A DNA stretch of 64,000 nucleotides, taken from positions 41,788,001-41,852,000 of the forward strand of contig OZ336875.1 in assembly GCA_965287045.1 (NCBI GenBank). The letters are read 5' to 3'. A program made the position numbers and the translations under genes. Position 1 is the stretch's first letter. Each line of letters starts with the position of its first letter. Positions 26,601-38,600 of the stretch are shown piece after piece. The notes beneath the pieces were generated by a model. The model did no database searches. It saw only the letters and a list, made by a program, of their open reading frames with translations, and had not been told where the DNA came from. This DNA is from Carcharhinus amblyrhynchos (taxonomy: Eukaryota).

Positions 26601-29600
26601 TTAGTTTCCTTCATTTTTATTTTCCCTCTTGTTTTTCCTTTTATCCTTATATTTTGTCATTTCATTTTCTTCTTCATTCCCCCTTTCCTTTTCATCGAAT
26701 GTTATGTTCTGATCCTTTTTTTATTTCAGTCCTCTGTTTTACCTTCATTCTCTTTTTCTCTCATTTGCTTTTTTTCTCTTCTAATTTTCATTTGCATGTT
26801 ACTGTTTTTCCCTTGTTTTATTACCTCCTCATGTTCATTTACTTATCCTCAATCATTCCACTTCATTATCAATTCCAATGATGTCGTATCCTTCATTTTG
26901 CCCATTATTTTGCATTAATCATCCCAATCATTCTGTATCCATCATAGTTCCTAATTATTCTGTGTTCATCTGCATCCTCAATGCTTATGTATCACCCATC
27001 ATCACCATTTATTAGTGAGATATTATAATTTCCTTCATTACTCCTTAGTTTCTGTTTCTATTAGATAAAATTTAATCAGCTTTTGATAACATGAGTGATG
27101 GAGGCATTGCCAATATGTAATTATAGGGCTATTAATTGTTCTGGGAATAGCTAAACTAAGTTGGTAATCTATGCTGAAAAGGTAACCCTCTTGCATTTAG
27201 TTTAATGATTTGTTAGTTCTTCTTGGGGCAGCCCTGCGTCTGCTGCATTGACATCTTTTGCTCTTCAACGCTTAGTATTAACATGTATTTTGCTTCTTTG
27301 TATTTGCTGCTCACTGCATGTACCTGACTTCTCCCAGAAGTGCACCATGAAGAAGGTATGTTGCTCTTTGCTGTTTTTTATAAATCATGCATGGGATTCC
27401 AAGTTATTTCAAATCTCTTTTTCAGGGAATGCTTTGGACAAGTTATATTGTCCCTTTCCAGCCAGTGTGTAGCTAATATTGCTGTGCAAAGAATTTCCAC
27501 CTATTACCACTTGATTCTGCTTGCTACCTCTTAACTGAGGCCTTGTAGAGGTTGCCAAGGTGCATGTTTGACTCAGGAGGGTACCACATTTAATTAGATC
27601 CTTATCTTGGCATTCAAATTCAGATTGCATTTTAATGGCCTATTGCATATCTGCTCATCTTGATTATCCTGCTCAATAAAACCTGTTGGGGAAGAAGTGC
27701 CTTTAGTTTTGTTTTGTGTAATTTTACATTTTAAACCATATTTTTTGGGTGTTTCATCGAAGGATGTGTCATTTAATCTACAATTCATTTACTTGATCAT
27801 CTTCAAAACACAATGTATGTCCTGACCGTGAAAGTTCTACATTTATATGTCACCCTCTGTATATTATGTCATCAACTAATAATTGTGACACAATAGAAGA
27901 CTTGTGGATAGAGTTTGCTCATGGATAGTCCATAGACACAACTGTGTCTGGCACATATCCTAATTTCATATTTATGGTTAGGGAATGGATAATTGAGAGC
28001 ATTAGCTAAGAATTAAAGAAAGAAATATGCTATGAATCTGTTATTCTGAGTAATTTTATGTGCATCTAGAAACATTTAATTTTATTTACATATAGCTATA
28101 AAGTAATGCATATAAATGAACACATGAGGTTAGAATTAGCCTTGATTATGCCAAAACCATAACCTAAGCAGAGGATTGAATCCATGTTGGCAGTCAAGGT
28201 GTAGTTAGCTATACTCACGTTGTTGATTCTCACCGAGCGCAATCACTGCTCAATTTAATACAATTCCACGTGTGATTCTGGACTCCAAGTAATTGTCCGA
28301 ATAGGGCCAGGTGATGTACGACAGAGGGTTTTAATTGTTAGCAAGATGGTCAAATGAGTGTCAAGCAGCCTGCAAAATAGGCCCCATCTGACAGAGTTGG
28401 TTCAGTTTAATCCTGAGAAAGAAGTCAGAGCACAAACACATCTGACTGAAATCAGGCTTTGATACACATCAAACTATTCTGACCTCCAATCAATAGTGCA
28501 AGCAAGGTGTTCCATATCCTGAGTGAATCTTTAGCGCAGAATGAATCAGTGCAAGCCCACAGTCAGTCTACAAATTTCACTAAGTCGAATAACGATCCTG
28601 AACACATTGACTTAATCTTGTTTTACTCTGTTGTGTTTTTTTCATTGCAATGGACAGTTTATGGAAACGAAGATGAAGACGGTATTTTTGCTTTATCACC
28701 AACATAAATTTACCCCACTGAATTCTAACTGTTTTCTCCTTCCCCCTAATTCTCTGGGGTTAATTCTTCTAAACGTGTGGCTTGAGGTGATCCAGTAGCA
28801 GTCTATATATAACACATTATATAGCTGCGAGATTCAGCTAGTACTTCGACTAACAGATTTCAATTTCGTGTTCACTACATGTACTATGACCTGATTATTT
28901 TTGGTTTAATTCACAGTGCTGGTTGCTAAAATATTAATGTTTTGTCTGTTACACTGTCAGTTTCATAATCGTGTCTTCATTTCATAATTCAACTTAATTT
29001 CTTGGAGGATTAGTGTGTGTGCTTTGGCTGATAACATTGGTAGCATAATGTGCCAAATTAGAAAGTGGTGTAAATATGAGTTGGGTGACATGGCTGGACT
29101 GTGAGAGTATTAACAAGAGGTCCTGACTCGAAGCTGTGCATCAGCTTCTCTGCTGCAGAAAGGTCAGGCTAAAATGGATGCAAAGGTTATAAATTGGGTG
29201 AGGATAGTGTGACAGATTTAATCTTCACACTGCCCACTCCCGCAAAACAACTTTTTTTTTCAAAAGACTGGCAAAATTCTAAAATGGAAGCGTTAATTTT
29301 CAAACTGTTGAAAATCATGCAGGATTTTGTATCACCCCCTTTAACTGTTTTTTTAAAATCACATTTTGTTACCTGATTTCCTCTAAAGGGAAATGCAACA
29401 TTTAATGAATCAGAAGTGGGGACAATCTAAGGCTATAAGTACCTTGATTGGCTTTAATGGCACTGTGATCTGTCACTGAGGAGAGCAATTGCATTGTGTT
29501 TATATGTGTGGCGCCACTTTTTCGGAAATAACCCCACACATTGGTGAATCAATAGATCAGTTGGCCTCGTTCGCTGGCATTCACTCAGTGGTATGCTGAT

Positions 29601-32600
29601 GGGCAGAGGGCTGGAAGAAGGAGCCAATAAACAGGCCAGTGGGTGAGCCACCATCAACTTGGTGAGTTAAGCTGGTTGCTCAAGTAGGCACCTGCAGGAG
29701 CACACAACTAAACACTGTCCTGGACTGCGAATTGCTGCTATAAATCGAACATTGAAAGCTGAGCTATTGAAAGCCACTTCTTTGCAAACATTTTGTTTCC
29801 TTTGGGGGGCACAGTTGTGTGTAGTTTTCCTCACAGTGAAGTCATGTGTGAATAAAGTAATGTTGCATTTCAGTGTGGTTTAGGGCAGTGCCCTGTGTGT
29901 TTGTGAGCAAACAGGAAACAATATTTGCTATTTCCCCTGAAGGCGGTGTGTTTCAAAGATGAGATGATGTTTTCTATTTATTTTTAATGATCTACTGTAC
30001 TTCAATGAAAGTCCAGTTCCCATACCCCATTGATAAAACAATAGTAGCAATAAAATTGCATTTCCTTTACCTCCACCTTCCCCTCCCCAGTCTTTTCTGT
30101 ACAGAGATATTTAAGGCAACCTGCAATAAAACATTAATATTCAGATGTTCATTTTGTTGGTTATATTGTCAAGATGGTGCTGACCGACATCATCAGTTTA
30201 GATGGTCAGCAATCCTGACTGAAGAAGACACTTGAATGTGTATAAATAGGGGTTAAATTAGGCAGTTAAGTCAAAATCGCTATTTTCATGTCAGTCATTG
30301 CTACCATTGTATCTTCCTCAACCTTTTCAAAATCATGGACAGTACAAGTTGTGATGAGCCAGTTCCGCTGTTAATTATAAGGATCATTATGTGTTGTGAG
30401 GGAAAGCTGGAAATCGGTCTGACCCTCATTGCTATTTGATTTTCTGGGTGGGGTTTTGAGCCTTAAGTGCCTTCTTAACTTCAACCCTTTGCTTTAACTT
30501 CTGATGTTGAAATCAACCTCCTCATTGACCGTCTGATCTTTCTAAACCTCCCCTTGAAGGTACGTGATCAATGTCCACCTCACTGGGATTTCTTGCCTTC
30601 CTAAATAGCGAGCTGCCTAGAAGCAGCGTGATTGCCAAGTGGAGCCTTGCCCACTCAACACCAGTGAGGTCCCACCATGAAAATGGACCTGGCATTCTGC
30701 CAGCATTACTGAGTTGTAGATACCCCACCCATTGCTTTTGGACAATCATCAATGCATTTTTATTTGACGCAAAATTGTCTCCACCACCTGAGTGGTGCCT
30801 TTTGTTGACCTTGCCTCATTATAATTCCATTGAAAATGATGGAAGCCGTGAATCTCTCCACAACTTTTTTTCAATTTGCTGCTATTTTTGGAAAACATTC
30901 ATGGATTTGTTGGCCCATATACACCCTGCTTCCCCTCAGAATAACCAGGATAACGGCCAAGTCAATGAGCCTAATACTTTGCTTTGTTGTTCCATATACA
31001 TTGCCTGAGGCTTGGAAGTAGAAAGATTTATTTCAAGCTGCAAGAACTGGTCAGCTGCAGAGAAAAGAGACTAAGGGCGGTGGATCCTCAGCACAATATA
31101 CAAAATATTAAATAATTGGACGAAGTAAACACAAAATATGACTTCAAGAAATCAGACTATTCAAAGTATGCCTACTTAAAATAAGGAAAAACATCTAAAA
31201 TCAATAACATCTTTTAAACTTGATGATTGTTGAAAGTTTGAATTCTTCTACAAGGCAGGACTGTGGAGTTAAAGCTCTGAAGAGGAAGAGTTCATGTGTA
31301 GTTGATTGCTGTGTTAAAGATTAGCCTGCAGAAAGGTAGAGATTTAATGGTTCATGGGGTTTTACTCCACCCAATATTGTTAACTGAACAGATTCATTTC
31401 CCTGCATTAACAGATAGTCAGAGTACTATGGTTAATATTAATTTTAAAAAGTTAGTTTCTTTGAAAACTTAACAGTTAGTTGATCCTTGAATCACTGTTC
31501 TCCTGCTGAGAACTTAACAAAATACAGCACCCTTTGAAAAAAATGATCAGATCTGTGAAGTGCCTCACTCCCTGTAAATCATTAATAAAAATCAGTTTCT
31601 TTTACTTTACTGTGTAATTATCAAAGTACCTGGCCGTACCAGACAAGCCAGAAGCACAAACACTCTTTAACTCTTAGAACCTCAGGCATGTTAATTTTGA
31701 CTTTATTGAAAATGATAGATGGGAGGTAATTTGTAGCAGTTTTTTTTTAGATTGCTCTATTTTGTTATTATTATCTTCTTTGATCATTTTCACTTTTTAT
31801 TGTTCCTTTTTTCTCCCCTCACCTATTTGGTCTTAAGGTATTAACACATGTTGAGGAACTGTTCCCCAAGTGCTGGATCCCTCATGGTTAGAAGAGTGGG
31901 GGGCGGGGGAAATGATTGACTAGATTCCTGGTTTCTGACTGGTATTCCAGAAACATTTGGCTGAAATATCTGTGGCCAAGGATCATGTGTACACAGGAGC
32001 AGGCTCACCTGTGATGGTTTCCATGACTGAACAGCCTGACAGCATTCATAGCGTCATAGAGTCACAGAGGTTCATTTATAGCATGGAACAGGCTCTTCAG
32101 CCCAACTTGTCCATGCTGCCCTTTTTTTTAAACCCCTAAGCTAATCCCAATTGCCTGCATTTGGCCCATATCCCTCTATATCCATCTTATCCATGTCACT
32201 GTCTAAATGCTTTTTAAAAGACAAAATTGCATCTGCCTTTACTGGTATCTCTAGCAACTTGTTCCAGACACTCACCACAGCCTCTGTGTGAAAAAATTGC
32301 CCTTCTGGACATTTTTGTATCTCCCCCCTCTTACCTTAACCCAATGCCCTGTACTTTTAGACTCCCCTACCTTTGGGAAAAGATATTGACTATCTAGCTG
32401 ATCTGTGCCCCTCATTATTTTAAAAGATCTCTATAAGATCACCCCTCAGCCTTCTACACTCCAGAGAAAAACTTCCCAGTCTATCCAGCCTCTCCTTATA
32501 ACTCAAACCATCAAGTCCCGGTAGAACCCTAGTAAATCTTTCCTGCACTCTTTCTAGTTGAATAATATCCTTTCTATAATAGGGTGACCAGAACTACACA

Positions 32601-35600
32601 GGATTCCATGTATGGCTTTACCAATGTCATGTACAACTTCAACTAGACATCCCAACTCCTGTATTCAATGTTCTGACCGATGAAACCAAGCATGCTGAAT
32701 GCCTTCTTCATCACTCTGTCCATCTGTGACTTCACTTTCAAGAAGGTGTTTACACGATGTTCTTTGTTCTGTAACTCTCCCCAATGTCCTACCATTAACT
32801 GAGTAAGTCCTGCCCTGGTTCAATTCACTGATAAATGATCACATAGGAATAATGCACATTTGAATGAGATACTGAACAATGACCACCACCTGTAGAACCG
32901 TTCCTAACATGGAGTCAACACCTTCAGGGAAAAAAAAAATTTAACCTGTAATGTGGCAGATTGTACTTTTTTTTCCAGAAAAAAAAGCTACAATATTTTG
33001 ATGTCATTTATGTGGTACTTTGTCTTTAATTTTGTATGAAATGGCTAATTTCATTTTTATTTTTTGTTTTGTTTTGTTTTACTACAGAGGAGGAAAAGCC
33101 AAGGATGAAGTGAGTAGCGATTTGAAGATTTATTTAACACAGGAACACTTCTAAAATGTTAATTCGCCAAAGGCTTTCATCAGCTCCATTGCTTTGTTTG
33201 GCTCTGGGACTCCAGTCATAACTCGCTGAGGAGCAGAATATTAATTGAGCCTGGGTTTTATCATTTTTCCTCTGCTCCTTTTTCTTTCCCAATAGGAGAA
33301 AGCAAAGAGAAACTCACCTGCAGGTGGTGTTGTCCTAGCACCTAAATTGTTTTGCAAAACTATAAAATGCATTGTTTTGCACTCCTGTCTAATTCTATGG
33401 AGAAACTTCTGGCTACAAATGCAACCATTGTGGGACTGGAATGTTAGAAGTTGAATATTCTGTACTGCAGCAGATTAGTAGATGACGGAGAGTGATCCAT
33501 GTATAAATTGCTGTTCAGATTTGGCAATCCCAGTAAAAGGTTAGTGGAACAATGATACTGTAATGGGCAGGAGGATAGGTAATCAGAGGATGCAGATTTA
33601 AGACGATTGCCCCATATAGGAGGCAGATGAGTAAACATTTTTATGTGGCCAGTTAAGATCCGTGTGAGAGGGTGGTGGAAGCGTACTCTTACTCAAAATG
33701 AAAACATTTACAAGGTGATGGAGAAAGAACAGAATAAATTGGGTAGGAATTTCAAAGGGCCAGTACAGGCACAATGGGGGGAATGGATGCTGCATCATTC
33801 CCTTGTTTTTGTACGATACAATCCAAAAGAAGACAATGTGAGTGTAAAATTTGCTCCTATAAGCAATCAGTTTCAGTGTTTCCAGTTTCTGTCTATGGAT
33901 TCTGCTCTTAGAGCTAAGCTCCCAGCCTGACTATGGGATGAATAGAGATAGAGGCTAGATTATTTGCACCATTCTCAAAAGTTGCAGGTTGCAGATAGAA
34001 TGACAAAATTGTAGCTCTAATTTGACAGCCCACATTGCCATCAAATGCAGTTTTTTTTTGGCATTTAGGGTCATGGCATTACCCTGTGATCTGTATGGGA
34101 ATGTATATTTAAAAAAGCTGACTGAATAAATAATGTAATCTGTATACGTTATTGCAAATCTTGCAGAGCTTGCAAACTTTCTATCCATATACCTTGCTTT
34201 CCATTGATAGAAAAACATGCCAAAAACATTGTGACAACATGTATCATTGTTCATTGCTATGTCAATATTTTCAACTTGTGCAACATGGTATCCCTGATGA
34301 TAAATATTGTTCTTTTCCTGTCCATGCCTTTCCAAGTTGTGTCTTGTTCCCCATTTCTTTTTTTTCATGAATTCCCATCTACTTCCCTCCAGCTTTTCCT
34401 CTGTGCATCTCTTTTTCTCTCACCTTCACTGTCTTTCTATTTCTCTCCTTTTCTGCCTGTCTCTCCTGTTCTGTCATGTTTTTCTCTTTTGACTCCCTCA
34501 TCATGTGTGCTATTTTCTAAATTTTCTGTTCCCCTCCCTGACCTTTCTTTCTGTGTGTCTGTGTGTGTGTTTCTCTATTCCTAATTTCCTTCTCATTCTT
34601 CTTCCCATGTGGTTCTCTCCTTCCCTTCTGCCTGCCTTATCCTTCTGTATTTACCCCCTTTCGATCCATTTGTCCCACCTCTGTTCTATCCTGGTTCTTT
34701 CCCTCTCCTCCACTTCCATTTCTGTCTTTCTATTGCTTTTTTTCTGCCCATGTGTTTCTTCTTCCCTTCTTGTCCCTTATTTCTTTGTCATCCATCTTTT
34801 GTTTGTTGCATTCTCTCTGTTGCTGTTCTCTAACTTGTGTTCCTTTCTCTTGTCATTTGTAGATATCTCTTTCTAAGTTGTTTGTCCAGGGTAATTCAGG
34901 GATCCCATTCTCTCTAATTTGAACTTTTGTTCAAAGGAACTAACCCTAATTCTCTGATGCATGTTTCCATTGAGTGTGACTCAATGCTTGGAGGGCAAGA
35001 GGTGCTAAATTTTATCCATTCTTCTACTTTGCTGTATTCACTTTCCCTTTTTGTTACCTTCCCCTGGTCAGCTTGCCATGGGAAGATTGGGGAATGAGAG
35101 GGAAGTGAGCAGTCTAGACAACTGACACGGGTCATGAGAGTTTATTGGGGTTACCACGCTACTATGGGGAACAGGAAAGAGCTGACCAGGATCATTACAA
35201 CAGTGCAAGGTGCAACAAGAGCTTTTAAGTAGTGGTGATGATAGTCCGTTGTGGCAACTGTGGAAAAAGAATGGCCCTGGAAAGGACAGTGTAATGGGTG
35301 GATAATCCACCAATATATCCACCAATGTTTAGAGTGAAAATTGCTGCAGTGTCTTTAACTGAAAAAAAATTGTGGAGGCGGATACGTGATGCAGAGCAGT
35401 AGAGATAGCGATTAGGGTATTGAAATTGAAAATGTTTCATTTCCCAGAGTGCACACAGCCTTCATCAGAGTGAAGAAGCAATTCACAGAGAAAGCTCCAA
35501 AAACTATCACAACCTGTTTACAGTTCTAGCTGTCATTAATTCTTGTTCCATTATTACAGAATGTCTGCTCCCAAAATCCCAGAGGGAGAGAAAGTTGACT

Positions 35601-38600
35601 TTGATGTGAGTACAGAGTTATCAAACAGACTATTTATTGTTCAATAAGCATGTTTTTTGTTGGTGGCTTCATGAGCTTTCGTTCTTTAATATGTAAGATC
35701 AAAGTTAGTAACAATTGTAAAATCATTAATGATGGTCATTTCTATTCCAAGTAGGATTCAATGAGGAAGTTAATCCAGAACTTTTGCTATTTTTCTCTTT
35801 TCCCAAAGTAGTCTCTTTTTCTGTTCCCATAGAGAGGTACTGAAAATCGTACAAGGTTCCAGAGGCACTGGCAATTCTCTAGAACTTATTTAAGTGGCAA
35901 TGCTTTTATGTGTGGGACCAGAAAATTAACATCAGTGCACCATATAATCATATAGCGATCACAGCTGCTTCTGGATGTACCATTCAATCATATCACAAAG
36001 TGCATTCCCAGAAAAGATACTAAGATAAGGGGGTGGGGGGAATGAATTTAACCATGACTGTGTGGTTAAGACCATTACTGCGGTACATTTGGTATAATTA
36101 GCCATTTGCTTAGTCCAAGTAGAGAAAACTACTGATGGATGTTTCCTTAGATCAGCAGATACTTGTAAATTAATGGCTCATGTACCAAGAAATGTTATCA
36201 GGGTCTGCAAAACCAGCAGGAAATTGTTGCCTTATTTCCAAAAAATTGCTTTGATGGCACATTGATCTGTGAATTTTGAATTATGTCAGATGCATACCTG
36301 GTTCAAGGTGTCCTTATCCTGTTTGATTAGTGTTTATTTAATATAATACAGCTATCACAGTTGCTCAGTCACAACTTGCACTCAGTATGATTCCTTTTAC
36401 ATCTGCATTATTTAGGATGCTGCCTCTGACTCAAACCTTATTGTATTTAGCAGAGGAATATCAGTTGGGTGAAATCATAGTTTACCCTCGCTGGCGCTGT
36501 GTCCTCCTGATTTGTATGAATCTGTTCACTTGTGCTGTATGAACTAGCTATGGATATGATATTTCTTCTACTACTCTGATGCTTCTGTGTTTGTGTAATG
36601 TTCAGGACATCCAGAAGAAGCGGCAGAACAAAGATCTGGTTGAGCTGCAAGCCCTGATTGACCTTCATTTTGAGAATAGGAAGAAGGAGGAAGAGGAACT
36701 GATTGCCCTGAAAGAGAGGATTGTGAGTGTTACATGAATATTAAAACAACAAATTGAATCCTGACCAAGGTGTGTCACCCCCATACTGTAATTATCATCT
36801 CAGACTGAATCCATGGTATTTTGCTAAGTCAGCTGTGTCACTGTGCACAGTAGAGTTGTGCTGCTGCTGTGCATTGCAACAGTAAAGATACATTCTGACT
36901 AGTAACAATGATGGAGCTATGCTCACTGTAATGAGATATCACTTACTTCTGAACCTATATGAATTGACCGTGGACATGGGGGCACCATGGTTAGCGCTGC
37001 TGCCTTACCATATCAGGGACCCGGGTTCAACTCTGCTCTCGGATCACTGTCTGTGTGGTGTCTGCATGTTCTTCTCGTGTCTGTGTAGATTTCCTCCGGA
37101 TACTCCGGTTTCCTCCCACACTCTAAAAGATATGTGGGTTAGGTTGATTGGCCATGCTAAGTTGCCCCTTAGTGTCAGGGGGACTAGCAGGGTAAATACA
37201 TAGGGTTACAGAGATAGGACTTGGGTGGGATAGTTGTCAGTGCAGGCTCGCTGGGCTGCATGGCCTCCTTCTGCACTGTAGGGATTCTATGATTCTAAAC
37301 AAGGCAAACACACTGCCACCCTTTACATATTTTTTTCTGCACTCCACAGGAGAAGCGTAGAGCTGAAAGAGCTGAACAGCAAAGAATTCGCGCTGAAAAG
37401 GAGAAGGAGCGTCAGGCCAGGCAGGCGGTAAGTCACTCAACAATAGTGGGTTTGACTTGTTCAGCTTTTCATCAACCCTACTGATACAAAATAAAGGCGC
37501 AAACTCAGACATGTCAAAAAATGTAACAAGGTGAAACCACAGCTGTCAAAACTGGGATAATGTTAGAGATGAGATTTATCATCGATAAGAAGTTGCAAAC
37601 TCATTCCCCCACCATCTCTCTGCCCTGCTAAGACACATTGTGGATCATTGTTTTAAGAGCATTAGCTGTTACCTGATGCTTCCCTCAAATGAATGTTTTT
37701 CATCTGCAAAACCTAAGACGTGTCAGAATGCACTTTTAACTGATTCACAGTGGCACAGTGGTTAGCACTGCTGCCTCATAGCGCCAGGGACCCAAGTCTG
37801 ACTCCTGGTTTGGATCACTGTCTGTGTGGAGTCTGCATGTTCTCCCCTAGGGTGCACATTCTCCACATAGGGTATCTATGTGGGTTTCCTCCAGGTGCTC
37901 CGGTTTCCTCCCACAGTCCAAAGATGTGCGGGTTACGTGGATTGACCATGCTAAATTGCCCCTTAGTGTCAGGAGGACTAGCTAGGGTAAATTCATGGGG
38001 TTATGGGAATAGGGCCTGGGTGGGATTGTGGTCACTTCAGACTCAATGGGCCAAATTGCCTCCTTCTGCACTGCAGGGATTCTATGATTCTCTGTGAATG
38101 ACTTTGGAACTTATCTGAGTGATGAAATGTGAATAAATGCAAGTTTCTTTGTCCCACTTGGGGTGGAAGTTTATCATTCTTTGATCTAACTGTCAACTTG
38201 GGCGGGAAAAGCGGTGTGTAGCCCCAGCAAGGTGATAACAAGGGGAAAGAGAAATCTCGTCGGTGTAGATGCTATCTCGGGGACTCTATTGGATTCTCTG
38301 ACCCCCAGTAGCTTTCCCAACCACCGAAAACTGGGGCAGAGAATCCCAGCCCTTGAGTTTGAAAATTTGATATGTCTCCGGTTCTGTGCTAACCTCAATT
38401 TCTTGCCCATCATATTTCATAATCTCTTATTCATTCAATAGGAGGAAAAAGCTAGACGGGAGGAGGATGATGCCAGGAGGAGGGCTGATGATGATGCCAA
38501 GAAGAAGAAGGCTCTAACCAGCATGGGTGCTCAATACAGCAGCTACCTTGCCAGGGTAAAATGCCAGCATATGTGTCAACGTGTGAATTCATGATAATAT

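Larger units (their letters stand above)
25990..27540 (+). repeat. Older diverged paralog of the microexon-pair unit
   Basis: Acceptor flanks (gtcaatattgttcctttt..., gggctattaattgttctg..., tttgcttctttgtatttgct...) and the downstream gctgtgcaaaga match 16670-18050. Confidence 0.85.

Noticed and set aside
26529-26918. Hydrophobic membrane-protein-like ORFs (also 34204-34876)
   Set aside because: Translations of pyrimidine-rich intron tracts.
33296-33323. Possible 28-nt exon after a strong acceptor
   Set aside because: Poor donor (gtggtg) and it shifts the frame to a stop in the next exon.
37745-37820. tRNA gene
   Set aside because: tRNA-like A/B boxes are SINE heads followed by SINE body; no complete cloverleaf.
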